DNA of 64,000 nt from Acidobacteriota bacterium (lineage in GTDB: Bacteria; Acidobacteriota; Terriglobia; UBA7540). Position 1 is the first letter of the stretch. Each line of letters begins with the position of its first letter. Shown here one piece after another: positions 52,680 through 63,162 of this stretch. Location of the stretch: positions 4,427-68,426 of the forward strand of contig JAMCXS010000024.1 in assembly GCA_023474345.1 (NCBI GenBank), read 5' to 3'. Both the position numbers and the translations under genes were made by a program. The notes beneath the pieces are model-generated. The model did not search any database, was not told the DNA's origin, and was given only the letters and a program-made list of their open reading frames with translations.

Positions 52680-54665
52680 TCAGAGATGCCTCGGCATTGA
52701 GTTATGGACCTCAAGACCGTCCACCACCAATCGTCCCGTTTTCGGCCACAAAGTGACGGCGTGGAAGGTGTCAGCCAATCCGGTTTTCAGGAATACAGGT
52801 TGTGACGGCACCATTTCTGCGCTGTGTAAGTTCGTTGTTCCTAATACATGGTCGTCCAATTCCACCACAACGGTTCCATAATCCGGCCCTTTGGGACTCC
52901 AAAGGGTAAAACCGGAGCCGATGAAGTTCCATTTCGCCCGCCCAGCGCCGTCGCGGCGCACGGCACCAGTACCAAAGCGAAATGCCGAATCTTTCTGTTC
53001 AAGCCAGTCGGCTGGGTTCTCTCCGGCTCCGAGCCAGGCCTCGGTATAGAGAAATGGAAGTGTGCTTGGCTCCGGCTTGCCGGTAATCGCGAACCGGGCA
53101 ACAAAAACGTGGCTATGCAATTCCGCCAAGAGTCCGATTAGGTTGCCCTCTATGCTGAGCCGCCCCCTCCAGATTTCCTTGCCATCCAACGCCAGCATCG
53201 TCGAGCCATTTGCCTCGCGTGCGACCATAACCTTCCACGTCTTTCGAGGCTGAACTGCTCCCGTAGCTCTTACCTGCACCGATCCCTGCCCGTCAACCGT
53301 GATAACTCTCCAACCGTTCGGCGCCAACTCAACGCCTTGGTAACGTGTCAGAGAAAGAGGATGTAAGGTGGCGTCGGAAGTAGGTCGGTTCGGTCCTAAG
53401 GGCGCCCCATAACCCCAGATGATCTGCGCCTTGCCGCGCACGCGAAGTTCGGTGTTCAAGGTGAAGTCTGAATAACCTCGACGCAGACAGGTAAGGCTCG
53501 GTGCTCTATCCCCGCTAAAATGGAAGCCTCTCTTTCGCAAGGCTTCTAGCCACGGTCGCTCGGCCAGGTTGATTGTGCCGTAGCCTTTAGTGTTGCGCGA
53601 CGGGAACATCACCCGCAGGACACCCCGCTGATCCACCCAACCGGAAAATGTCTGACCCCAGATGCCATAACTTTCGTTCGGCACGCCTTCGCTGTGCCAG
53701 GCTGACCCATAGCGAAAAATCTCCCATGCCTTCGGATCAGTCGCCATCTCCAAAGGCGCACGGAAGATCACCTGAAAATTACGATTGCGAGCGACCGACG
53801 TAGCGGGCGCATAGACATAGCCCGCGTCAACGAAGGCCGGATAACCTTCCATCAACGGAGGATGGAAGTAGCCCGCCTCGACATTTCTGATCAGCACCCT
53901 TTCCGAATAGGGGCCCTGGGGGTTGGGCGCCGACATGGCAAACATAGCCCAACTGAACGGTGCGTGATCCATCATGGCCAGGATTAACCAGTCATTCTTG
54001 CGGCGCACCAGCGTCCCGGCATAAGTGCGCTGATATCTGCCAAGCAGCGGCTTCAGAATCAAGTTGCGTGTTATCGGCTGCATGTCGCGATGCCATGGGC
54101 CCTCCGGCTTGTCGGCCCAAGCATAGGCAAGTCCGCCGTCCTTGAGAGGGTTCGGCTGGCCCCAGTCATAAACCATGCGATAACGGCCGTGCGCGAATAC
54201 CACACTGACGTCGGGCGTTTGGCCGTTCTTGTCGAACATCTCCGCGTCGCCGTGCAGGACCGGCCCAAGATTCTCCCATGTTTGGCCGCGGTTCTTTGAT
54301 CGATACAGAATACAGCGGCTGGGCGGCGGTCCCACGTAGCCTACCGGATAATCACCGATGTAGATGTACCAGTTGCCGCTGGCGGGATCGGGAAAGAAAA
54401 AACCGTTGACCGGCCAGCCGTATGGCGGGCTACCGGTGAAGATCGGGTTGCCCGGCAGGCGCTCAAAAGCGTCAAACGACGGATCACCGTAAACCGGATG
54501 GCGCAACCATAAGTCCACATAACGTGACTCGGCGTAATCGACTTCGGCCGCCGGCGCTCCCCAGGCGTCTGGAATGTGCAGCCCACTCGCTATCGCCAAA
54601 ACTCCGCCCCCGGAGTACTTCAAGAAGCGGCGCCGGCCTACCGTCCTTCGGTGTTCCACGACCAC
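52680..54665 (-). CDS. Tat-exported protein of unknown function, putative glycoside-hydrolase-like beta-propeller plus beta-sandwich domains
   Basis: 661-aa ORF with twin-arginine signal VGRRRFLKYSGGGVLAIASG. The domain guess is based only on beta-rich, aromatic/Gly-rich composition (NWYIYIGDY, YRSKNRGQTWE, GGLAYAWADKPEGPW). No catalytic motif identified. Confidence 0.6.
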   Translation of the reverse strand: MVVEHRRTVGRRRFLKYSGGGVLAIASGLHIPDAWGAPAAEVDYAESRYVDLWLRHPVYGDPSFDAFERLPGNPIFTGSPPYGWPVNGFFFPDPASGNWYIYIGDYPVGYVGPPPSRCILYRSKNRGQTWENLGPVLHGDAEMFDKNGQTPDVSVVFAHGRYRMVYDWGQPNPLKDGGLAYAWADKPEGPWHRDMQPITRNLILKPLLGRYQRTYAGTLVRRKNDWLILAMMDHAPFSWAMFAMSAPNPQGPYSERVLIRNVEAGYFHPPLMEGYPAFVDAGYVYAPATSVARNRNFQVIFRAPLEMATDPKAWEIFRYGSAWHSEGVPNESYGIWGQTFSGWVDQRGVLRVMFPSRNTKGYGTINLAERPWLEALRKRGFHFSGDRAPSLTCLRRGYSDFTLNTELRVRGKAQIIWGYGAPLGPNRPTSDATLHPLSLTRYQGVELAPNGWRVITVDGQGSVQVRATGAVQPRKTWKVMVAREANGSTMLALDGKEIWRGRLSIEGNLIGLLAELHSHVFVARFAITGKPEPSTLPFLYTEAWLGAGENPADWLEQKDSAFRFGTGAVRRDGAGRAKWNFIGSGFTLWSPKGPDYGTVVVELDDHVLGTTNLHSAEMVPSQPVFLKTGLADTFHAVTLWPKTGRLVVDGLEVHNSMPRHL

Positions 54666-54825
54666 TCCATCCGGCCACGAAAAACTGAGTTGCGCTTATA
54701 AATGCGCGGTAATCCCGTTCGTCTTACGCTGCTTTCATCGAAAGAGTGGATATTCGGAGCCTGGTTTCTGTTGGCCCCAAAGCATCCACCGAAAATAGCG
54801 TCTGAAGGGGCTTCCGCGCGGCATG

Positions 54826-55713
54826 TCAGTAAAGGCTTTTGCTTTTCGGCTTGCTGACTAGCTTCCCAACCGGTTCGAGGAACCCGCGGGCGCCAGCGGC
54901 CATCAGACCAAGCTCTGTGCTTGCCTGGAAAAACAGAAATCCCTGTTCCATGTATCTCTTCATCAGATCAGGATCGCCGACCGGGGCGCCGACAACCTTA
55001 TGATGCTTCTCCGCCGCCTTCACCACTTTTGCGATAGCTTCCCTGACTTCAGGATGGTCCTGTTCTCCCCGAAATCCCAATGAGAATGAGAGATCGCTGG
55101 TTCCTATGAAAAGAACATCCAACCCGGGAGTCGAAGCGATGGCGTCGATATTTTCTATTGCCTCAGCCTCTTCGATGTTCACAATCACCATTGCATTACG
55201 GTCGGCAAAATCGTAGTAGCCTTCGGCAGCCGGCCAGCGGAACGTCGCCAGGCCCGCGCCGGAACCCCTCCTGCCGTGCGGAGGGTACTTACACGCTGCC
55301 ACGGCGCGTCGCGCCAGTTCCGGCGTGCTTGTAAAGGGGAAAATGACGCCCAGGACACCCGAATCCAGAACTCGCTTTGCGGTCCACAATTCGTTGACTG
55401 GAACGCGCGCAAACGGCACGGCCTTGAGCCCGCGCGTCGCGAGCACCATGCTCCGTAAAGTTTCAAGAGTAATCGGGCTATGTTCCATCTCGATCCACAG
55501 GAAATCGAAGCCAAGGGTGGCGGCTTGGGCCGCCATCTCCACGCTGGGAACCGTGATGGTCACTCCGACAACAGGTTTCCCTTCCCGAAGCGATTTCTTC
55601 ACAGGATTTTCTGAAAAAACTTCTAATTCAGCATCTGTAGGTGACATTCTCGATACGTCCTCTCCAACCGCGATTTCACTTCTTTCTTGTGACGCCATAC
55701 CGCAGCCGCTCAA
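54826..55713 (-). CDS. HpcH/HpaI family 2-keto-3-deoxy-acid aldolase
   Basis: Family pattern SLREGKPVVGVTI..., DFLWIEMEHSP, RVP...WTAKRVLDSGVLGVIFPF, NIEEAEAIENIDAI, GTSDLSFSLG. The start is uncertain (TTG 55713, ATG 55698 or ATG 55647). Confidence 0.85.
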   Translation of the reverse strand: MSGCGMASQERSEIAVGEDVSRMSPTDAELEVFSENPVKKSLREGKPVVGVTITVPSVEMAAQAATLGFDFLWIEMEHSPITLETLRSMVLATRGLKAVPFARVPVNELWTAKRVLDSGVLGVIFPFTSTPELARRAVAACKYPPHGRRGSGAGLATFRWPAAEGYYDFADRNAMVIVNIEEAEAIENIDAIASTPGLDVLFIGTSDLSFSLGFRGEQDHPEVREAIAKVVKAAEKHHKVVGAPVGDPDLMKRYMEQGFLFFQASTELGLMAAGARGFLEPVGKLVSKPKSKSLY

Positions 55714-55890
55714 TGGCGTGGCTGGCGCGCTCTCACTCGTCTAGCGAACCCAGGGCTTGTGAAAGGCAAAGCTTGCACCACCCTTTCTCCTGAAAGAAAC
55801 AATTATAAACGGGAAACTGCCGGGCAATTAAGGTTACCCGGCTATACGCAGTGTTTTCCTGCGGGCTACTACAGGTACAAGCTGGAAACC

Positions 55891-57798
55891 CTACGCCGGC
55901 TGCGGGCGTTCGCGACCTGGTACGCCACCGGAAGGCTGAGGTTTCAAAACCTCGGTCGTTTCATCTTCACTCGGTTTGGGGGTTTCGGGCCGGACCATTT
56001 CAGGCAGAGGTTTCCCCTCGATCAGCAACTTTACTTCGGTGGCGTCGAGAACCTCGCGGACAAGCAGCGCTTCAGCGATGCGTGCCAGCGTGTCGCGGTT
56101 CGAAGTCAAAATTTCTTTAGCCCGCTGATAGCCGGTAAGCACAAACTTCTTTACTTCCTGGTCAATTTTGATGGCGGTATCTTCGCTGAAGTCCCGCTGC
56201 GTCGCCAAATCCCGTCCCAGAAAGATTTCCTGCTGGTTCTTGCCGAAAGCCAGCGGGCCCAGGTCTGACATGCCAAACTCGCAAACCATCCGGCGAGCAA
56301 CGCTGGTGGCTTGCTCGATGTCATTGCCCGCGCCGGTTGTAATGTGATTCAGGAAAAGCTCCTCAGCCACACGCCCGCCCATCATGATGGCCAGTTGGGA
56401 CTCCAAATAGTCCCGGGTGTAGGTGTGCTTGTCATCGAGGGGTAATTGCATCGTAACGCCCAGCGCCATGCCCCGCGGAATGATGGTGACTTTGTGCAGA
56501 GGATCCGCGCTTGGCAGCATCGAAGCCACGAGCGCGTGTCCAGCCTCGTGATAGGCGGTGTTCCGCTTCTCTTCGTCGGAAAGGATCAGCGACTTGCGCT
56601 CCGGCCCCATAAGAACCTTGTCTTTTGCGGTCTCAAGGTCCAGCATGCTGACCTGTTTGCGGTTTTGACGCGCTGCCAATAGAGCCGATTCGTTAACCAG
56701 ATTCGCAAGATCGGCCCCTGAAAATCCCGGAGTACCGCGAGCCAGAACCGGCAGGTCCACATCTTCCGACAGCGGAATCTTCTTAGTGTGCACCTTCAAG
56801 ATGGCTTCCCGACCCTTTACGTCAGGCCGGGCCACGACCACGCGCCGGTCAAAGCGTCCCGGACGCAGCAAGGCGGGGTCCAAAACGTCGGGCCGGTTCG
56901 TAGCTGCGATCAGGATGACGCCCTCGTTCGATTCAAAACCATCCATTTCAACGAGCAGTTGGTTCAGTGTCTGCTCACGTTCGTCATGGCCACCGCCAAG
57001 ACCGGCGCCACGATGACGGCCGACCGCGTCGATCTCGTCGATGAAAATAATGCAGGGAGCATTCTTCTTCCCTTGCTCAAACAGATCCCTGACACGCGAG
57101 GCGCCGACTCCCACAAACATCTCCACAAAATCCGAGCCTGAAATTGAAAAAAAAGGTACGTTGGCTTCGCCGGCAATGGCGCGCGCAAGCAAGGTCTTTC
57201 CGGTCCCCGGAGGTCCCACCAAAAGAACACCTTTGGGGATGCGCCCGCCCAGTTTCTGGAATTTCTGAGGCTCGCGCAAAAATTCGATGATTTCCTGCAG
57301 CTCCTCTTTGGCCTCCTGCACTCCCGCGACGTCCTTGAACGTTACTTTCTTATGCTGAGTTGAGAGCAGCCGGGCACGACTCTTCCCGAAGGAAAGCGCC
57401 TTATTCCCGCCACTCTGCATCTGCCGCATGAAGAAAATCCAGAGCCCGACGAGCAGCAGCAACGGCAAGCCATTCGCAAGCCAGGTCATCCACGAGCCAC
57501 TGGACTCATCCTTGATCGTGACCCGGACATCCTTGCCGATAAGGTCTTTGTATAAATCGGGGTAATTGCTGGGGATGGTAGTCTTGAACTTGAGGTTGTC
57601 CTTCTTGAGGACACCGGTAACGGCGTTTCCGGCGATTGTTACTTCTTGAACGTTTCCACCGTTAACCTGGTTGACAAATTGTGTAAAGGTATAGTCGTTA
57701 ACGTGTTCGCCGGTACTTGAGCGTACGACGGCCCAGATTAGCAGGGCGGTAACCGCCATCACCACCCAGAAAATTATGTTTTTAACCGCCGAATTCAC
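55891..57798 (-). CDS. ftsH: ATP-dependent zinc metalloprotease FtsH
   Basis: 635-aa ORF with two N-terminal TM segments, Walker A GPPGTGKT, Walker [12 protein letters not shown] region, and HEAGHA zinc site. Confidence 0.96.
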   Translation of the reverse strand: MNSAVKNIIFWVVMAVTALLIWAVVRSSTGEHVNDYTFTQFVNQVNGGNVQEVTIAGNAVTGVLKKDNLKFKTTIPSNYPDLYKDLIGKDVRVTIKDESSGSWMTWLANGLPLLLLVGLWIFFMRQMQSGGNKALSFGKSRARLLSTQHKKVTFKDVAGVQEAKEELQEIIEFLREPQKFQKLGGRIPKGVLLVGPPGTGKTLLARAIAGEANVPFFSISGSDFVEMFVGVGASRVRDLFEQGKKNAPCIIFIDEIDAVGRHRGAGLGGGHDEREQTLNQLLVEMDGFESNEGVILIAATNRPDVLDPALLRPGRFDRRVVVARPDVKGREAILKVHTKKIPLSEDVDLPVLARGTPGFSGADLANLVNESALLAARQNRKQVSMLDLETAKDKVLMGPERKSLILSDEEKRNTAYHEAGHALVASMLPSADPLHKVTIIPRGMALGVTMQLPLDDKHTYTRDYLESQLAIMMGGRVAEELFLNHITTGAGNDIEQATSVARRMVCEFGMSDLGPLAFGKNQQEIFLGRDLATQRDFSEDTAIKIDQEVKKFVLTGYQRAKEILTSNRDTLARIAEALLVREVLDATEVKLLIEGKPLPEMVRPETPKPSEDETTEVLKPQPSGGVPGRERPQPA

Positions 57799-57981
57799 TA
57801 TGATTCCTCCCGCCCCGCCTCGAGAAAGGGTAATTCCTTCAATCCCGCTGTAATATTAGATGCTTCAAAACGCATTCCCGACACAGGGCCTCCCGCAATA
57901 CCTCAACCCAAAGTAATAGATCTCTGTATACCCCCACTTTGGCTACCCCTTCGACTCACGTCAACTTCCAGTGCCCAACGC

Positions 57982-59406
57982 TCAGCCCAGGGCAGTCTCC
58001 TGGATAAGCAAAATTCTGCCTTTCCCCTCACCACTCACAGCCCACTTGGCCGCCGGAAGGCCGCGCACGCACACAATGCCCCGCTCACTATCCAACACCG
58101 GCCAATGAAAACGATCACCCGCCGGAACCTTATGCCGGCGAAAGAGTTCCTTGACCCTCACAGGTTTCTGGTGGCCTGTAGGACAGTATCGGTCTCCTTC
58201 TTGCCAGTTCCGGAAAAGCAATCGTGCAGGCAGATTCAGCGGATTCAGCTCCGGCCACTCACCACTAATATAGTCCCTCGGAGCTTGTTCAGAGTCAACA
58301 ACTTTGAAGGTAAAACTGCGGCCGATCTCCGCCACGGAAATCGTTCCGGGTGGGACGACGGCGTAGGCAAACCCCGCTGCTTTGCTCTCCCCCGCCTCCT
58401 GGCAAAGGATCAGCCATTCAAATTCCGTTCGCGCCACAAGACCGTGAGGCAATAACAGCTTTCGTCCGCTTTGCGACTTGAGGCTGAAATCCTGCAGAGC
58501 TTCAATGTGGCGATACGTTACTCCGTGAAGGCTACCCATCACCGCCTGCACCATTTGTCGCAAGACGCGCCGCGCCAGCGCGGGTGGCAAACCGGCAAGT
58601 ACGCGCCGGGGGATTCTCTCCGCTCCGCCTTCACGCATCCGCCAAGCCCCGGCACGCTCCCTGGCCTGTTGTTCGAGATAGGCTTCGTCTTCCCGGGCTC
58701 GGGCAGCCAATTCACTGAGCAGTCTCTTAACCTCCGGATTATATTCTTTTTCCAGAAGCGGCAGCAGCCCGAGGCGAACTTTATTGCGCCGGAAGCGGGT
58801 ATCAAGATTGGTTGAGTCCACGCGAAACGGCAGTTTTCGTTCGCGAGCCGTCGTCTCGATCTCGTGCCGCGTCAGGCTCAAAAAAGGCCGGATAATTTTG
58901 CCCTCGAAGCTGGGATGAATTCCTCCCAGGCCTTTCGTCCCCGTGCCTCGAAGAATGTGGATAAGGACCGTTTCAGCTTGGTCATCCAAGGTGTGAGCCG
59001 TCGCGACTTTGTCCACCCGGCCCTGACGAACAAGTCCGAGAAAAAAACGGTAACGGAGGTCACGAGCGGTAGCCTCCAGATTGCGGCGCTGCTTGCGCGC
59101 TTCTTCGGCCACGCGTGCTTCGCCGCCCAAAAATGGCAGATGCAGCTCCCGCGCCCGATTCCGGACAAACTCTTCATCCTCCTCGGACTCCGTCCCGCGC
59201 AAGTGATGATTGAAGTGAATAACCGCCAATGTGAATCCCGTGTCGCGGGAGAGCCTATCGAGGAAATCGAGCAGCAGGACCGAATCCGGCCCGCCCGAAA
59301 CCGCCACCCCGATACGTTCACCCGGACGAAAAAAATGACCCCGGCGCATCTCCAGCGACCACCGGTCATAAACGTTACTACGAACTCGCATGGGGTTAGG
59401 TTCCAA
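57982..59406 (-). CDS. tilS: tRNA(Ile)-lysidine synthase
   Basis: 474-aa ORF with PP-loop VAVSGGPDSVLLL, the TAHTLDDQAETVL motif and a C-terminal TilS domain. It lies upstream of ftsH on the same strand, as in many bacteria. Confidence 0.9.
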   Translation of the reverse strand: MEPNPMRVRSNVYDRWSLEMRRGHFFRPGERIGVAVSGGPDSVLLLDFLDRLSRDTGFTLAVIHFNHHLRGTESEEDEEFVRNRARELHLPFLGGEARVAEEARKQRRNLEATARDLRYRFFLGLVRQGRVDKVATAHTLDDQAETVLIHILRGTGTKGLGGIHPSFEGKIIRPFLSLTRHEIETTARERKLPFRVDSTNLDTRFRRNKVRLGLLPLLEKEYNPEVKRLLSELAARAREDEAYLEQQARERAGAWRMREGGAERIPRRVLAGLPPALARRVLRQMVQAVMGSLHGVTYRHIEALQDFSLKSQSGRKLLLPHGLVARTEFEWLILCQEAGESKAAGFAYAVVPPGTISVAEIGRSFTFKVVDSEQAPRDYISGEWPELNPLNLPARLLFRNWQEGDRYCPTGHQKPVRVKELFRRHKVPAGDRFHWPVLDSERGIVCVRGLPAAKWAVSGEGKGRILLIQETALG

Positions 59407-59770
59407 CTTGCCTCATTGTAGCACCCTGCACCGATGCCGGACCTGTCGCCGGGAAATCTCGGCACATCTGGGAAGACGATTTTTCATGACATTCTCGCCG
59501 TCATGGTTACCGCCGCCAATCAACGCAGCGGGGCAAGGGTTATCCAGGCATAGCACCCTTTGTTCATCTTGATCAGAATGGTCGTCCTGACCGAGAACGC
59601 AACCCAAAGACGCCACTTTCGTGTTGCTGAAGGATATAGTACACTCGGCAGGAACTGAGGCACGTAGACTGTTTGAACTCGGTGTTTGCCGGCACTCCGG
59701 GCTTGTGCCGCTGTTTCGTGGATACCCCCGCTTCCGGGACGGATGAGATTGTTGAAATTCAAGAAGGTCT

Positions 59771-61366
59771 ATGGAGACTACAATGCCCCAATCCTTTTTA
59801 CGTCGCAAATTCCTTTCCGGCTCAGCTTTGCTAGGTCTCGCGAGTGCGCTCCCGGCTCCTGCTCAAACTGAACCTCGCGCCAAAGGACCACTCTTGAATG
59901 TTCTCAGCTATGGCGCGGTTGGAGACGGCAAACGGCTCGATACGCGCGCCCTGCAGGCCGCCATCGACGCGTGCGCGGCGGCGGGTGGCGGAACGGTTTA
60001 TTTCCCCGCTGGAGCCTATCTATCAGGGACCTTGCTCCTCAAAAGCCACGTCGGGCTCTATCTGGAAGCAGGCGCCACTATTCTGGGGAGCCAGAACCTG
60101 GCCGACTATCCTTCCCTTGTTCCTGCCTTCAAAGCTTATACCGCTCCCTACACGGATAAATATCTGATATACGGCGAGCGGCTGGAAAATGTCTTTATCG
60201 CCGGCCAGGGCACTCTTGATGGCCAGGGCGCCGCTAAGGCCTTCAACCCTAGACATTACGGACGGCCCTACCTGGTCCGGTTCTCCGAATGCCGCAACGT
60301 CACGGTGCAAGGCATCCGGCTGATCAATTCCGGGATGTGGGTGCAACACTATCTCGCCTGCACCGACGTCGACATCGATGGCATTCAAGTCCATAGCCAT
60401 GTGAACAGCAATAACGACGGCATCGATATCGACTGCTGCGATCGCGTCCGCATCGCCAACTGTGAGATCGATAGCGGCGACGACGCCATCGTCCTGAAAA
60501 GCGCAGGAGCGAGGATCACCCGCAACGTCACGATCACCAATTGTGTCTTACGCTCCCACTCAAACGCGCTCAAAGCCGGAACCGAATCCGAGGGGGGCTT
60601 TGAAAACATTGCAATCAGCAATTGTGTTGTGCATGACACCAACTTGGCAGGCATTGCCCTTGAAGCCGTCGACGGCGCCACACTGTCAGGGGTCGTGGTA
60701 TCGAATATTGCCATGCACGTTATTAAATGTCCCATCTTTATCCGGCTCGGCAACCGGGCTCGGCCCATCGAGCCCGGCGGCCCTCATCTGCCCATCGGCA
60801 ATGTGGAAAATATCATCATCAGCGACGTTGAGGCAGTTGGCGCGGGGAACACAGGATGCTCGATCACGGGTCTGCCCGGCCATTGCGTCCGCAACGTTAC
60901 GCTCAGCAACATCCGGCTTCACTTTCAGGGTGGCGGGACTCGCGAAATGGTTGACCGGCCAATTCCCGAAAAACCAGCCGCGTATCCCGAATACAACATG
61001 TTTGGAATGTTGCCCGCCTATGGATTCTATTGCCGCCATGCGGAGGGACTAACCTTCTCAAATGTCCAGACCGACCTCGAACAGCCGGATGCGCGGCCGG
61101 CCCTGGTCTGTGAAGACGTGAGGCAATTAGACATCTTCAGCGCCAACTTCGCCCAGAATCCCGGCGGCGGACCGGCAATGCTTTTCCAAAACGTTCGCGG
61201 AGCCATGATTCACGGCTGCCGGCCCTGGCAGGAGATTGAAAGCTACCTTCGCGTGGAGGGCCGCGAGAGCGAAGGCATTGCGCTGGTTGCCAACGATTTG
61301 CGCCAGGCACAAAAGGCGTTCGAAGTCTCGGCAGGCGTTCCTGCAGGGTCAGTCGTAAGCAAGTAG
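59771..61366 (+). CDS. glycoside hydrolase family 28 (polygalacturonase/rhamnogalacturonase-like), Tat/Sec-exported
   Basis: 531-aa ORF with signal FLRRKFLSGSALLGLASALPAPAQ. It has a parallel beta-helix pattern with NNDGIDID and DSGDDAIVLKS catalytic-Asp motifs. Confidence 0.85.
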   Translation: METTMPQSFLRRKFLSGSALLGLASALPAPAQTEPRAKGPLLNVLSYGAVGDGKRLDTRALQAAIDACAAAGGGTVYFPAGAYLSGTLLLKSHVGLYLEAGATILGSQNLADYPSLVPAFKAYTAPYTDKYLIYGERLENVFIAGQGTLDGQGAAKAFNPRHYGRPYLVRFSECRNVTVQGIRLINSGMWVQHYLACTDVDIDGIQVHSHVNSNNDGIDIDCCDRVRIANCEIDSGDDAIVLKSAGARITRNVTITNCVLRSHSNALKAGTESEGGFENIAISNCVVHDTNLAGIALEAVDGATLSGVVVSNIAMHVIKCPIFIRLGNRARPIEPGGPHLPIGNVENIIISDVEAVGAGNTGCSITGLPGHCVRNVTLSNIRLHFQGGGTREMVDRPIPEKPAAYPEYNMFGMLPAYGFYCRHAEGLTFSNVQTDLEQPDARPALVCEDVRQLDIFSANFAQNPGGGPAMLFQNVRGAMIHGCRPWQEIESYLRVEGRESEGIALVANDLRQAQKAFEVSAGVPAGSVVSK

Positions 61367-61470
61367 AAACATGAACCCGCGCATGGTTGCTCGGCCTGTC
61401 GGTCCGATTCGCCAGCCGTTCGTTTGCCCTCTTGAATCTTTCTGAATTCAGCTTGCCCCAAGGAGTCGGG

Positions 61471-62955
61471 ATGTCCAAGTACGTTCTGGCATTGGATCAA
61501 GGGACAACAAGTTCGCGGGCCATTCTCTACGATCAGGAAGGAATCCCGCGATCTTCTGCCAACCTGGAATTCAAGCAGTATTATCCGCAGGCCGGCTGGG
61601 TCGAACATGATCCGGAGGAGATCTGGCAGTCCCAGCGCGCGGCTGCCGAGAAAGTTCTGGCTGATGTCAGGGTGCGGGCGGCGGACATCGCGGCGATTGG
61701 CATCACGAATCAGCGCGAAACGGTTTTGCTGTGGGAGCGCGCGACGGGCAAACCCGTTTACCCCGCCATTGTGTGGCAGTGCCGGCGGACAGCCCCGATG
61801 TGCGACCGCTTGCGCCAGGAAGGCTTTGACCGCGTACTGCGCAGCAAGACCGGGCTCATCACCGACGCTTATTTTTCAGGAACCAAGATCGCCTGGTTGC
61901 TGGATAATCTTCCCGGTGTTCGAGTCCGCGCCCAGCGCGGTGAACTTGCCGCCGGGACTATCGACACGTGGCTGATTTGGAAACTTACCGGCGGCCGCGT
62001 CCACGCTACCGACGTTTCCAATGCCTCTCGAACGCTGCTGTTTAATATCAAATCTCTCCAATGGGACGAAGAAATTCTGCACCACTTCAACATTCCGCAT
62101 GCGCTGCTGCCCCGGGTGATTGAGTCCAGCGGCGTCTTGGCGGAAACAGATATCCTGGGAGGCACGATTCCACTTGCGGGTGTTGCAGGCGATCAGCAGG
62201 CGTCGCTTTTTGGCCACCAATGTTTTGCGCGGGGCAGCGCGAAAAATACGTACGGCACGGGGCTATTTCTATTGATGAATGCGGGTGAAGAAGTTCCTTC
62301 CTCGACCTCCGGGTTGGTTGCCACTATCGGATGGAGCCTGAAAGGCAAGACGGTCTATGCACTCGAAGGAAGCGTTTTTGTAGCGGGAGCTGCGCTGCAA
62401 TGGCTTCGGGACGGATTAGGTTTGCTCAAAGACGCGGCGGCGAGTGACGCAATTGCGCGGTCGGTTGCTGACGCCGGGGGCGTTTACTTTGTTCCCGCAC
62501 TGGTCGGGCTCGGCGCACCGCACTGGGACCCTTACGCCCGCGGCACAATTGTCGGCATCACGCGCGGCACTACGCGCAGCCACGTTGTCAGGGCGGCGCT
62601 TGAAGCGGCAGCCTACCAGACGCGTGAGGTGCTCGAAGCCATGGCCAGGGATTCCGGCATCCGGCCGGAGGCTTTACGCGTAGACGGCGGCATGGCGCAC
62701 AACAATTTCCTTTGCCAGTTCCAGGCGGACATCTTGGGTATTCCCGTTGAGCGGCCCGTCGATACAGAATCAACAGCTCTTGGAGCAGCTTACCTTGCCG
62801 GGCTTGCTACAGGCTTCTGGAAGGACCAGCAGGCGCTCGCCCCGCAACGGAAAATTGCCCGCCGTTTTGAGCCTTCGATGCCGGAATCCCGCCGTGAACA
62901 GCTTTACGCGGACTGGCTCCGCGCGGTAGAGCGTGCCAAACATTGGGCCGGGTAA
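61471..62955 (+). CDS. glpK: glycerol kinase
   Basis: I place the start at ATG 61471 (MSKYVLALDQGTTSSR), with AGGAG 6 nt upstream. It has ITNQRETVLLWE and FHGGK family motifs throughout. The track ORF starts earlier (61387). Confidence 0.95.
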   Translation: MSKYVLALDQGTTSSRAILYDQEGIPRSSANLEFKQYYPQAGWVEHDPEEIWQSQRAAAEKVLADVRVRAADIAAIGITNQRETVLLWERATGKPVYPAIVWQCRRTAPMCDRLRQEGFDRVLRSKTGLITDAYFSGTKIAWLLDNLPGVRVRAQRGELAAGTIDTWLIWKLTGGRVHATDVSNASRTLLFNIKSLQWDEEILHHFNIPHALLPRVIESSGVLAETDILGGTIPLAGVAGDQQASLFGHQCFARGSAKNTYGTGLFLLMNAGEEVPSSTSGLVATIGWSLKGKTVYALEGSVFVAGAALQWLRDGLGLLKDAAASDAIARSVADAGGVYFVPALVGLGAPHWDPYARGTIVGITRGTTRSHVVRAALEAAAYQTREVLEAMARDSGIRPEALRVDGGMAHNNFLCQFQADILGIPVERPVDTESTALGAAYLAGLATGFWKDQQALAPQRKIARRFEPSMPESRREQLYADWLRAVERAKHWAG

Positions 62956-63162
62956 CCCGCGCCGATAAGGACAGGAGAAAAGATTGAAATCCTTATTCCC
63001 GCTGAGAAAGCGGTTGACTCCTTGAGAACCTCGGGGCTCTTCGTAATGAAATGACCGCCCCTTTGATGTGGGACTCGCCCCGATGCTCTCCTCGGATTGC
63101 GTTCCCAGGCTCACAAAGGCCAGGCCGGCATCAGGGCTATCCAAATTCTTTGATTTGTGCGC

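Noticed and set aside
55819-55842. Hairpin GCCGGG-N12-CCCGGC as the ftsH terminator
   Set aside because: The stem is only 6 bp and the downstream U-tract on the minus strand is interrupted (AGTTTCCCGTTTATAATTG). This is not enough to report as a feature.
59413-59808. 131-aa minus-strand ORF in the tilS / GH28 spacer
   Set aside because: It overlaps the GH28 start, has odd composition and no RBS. The spacer does contain a CGGCAC-N9-GTGCCG hairpin (59691-59711) faintly like family R1, too weak to call.
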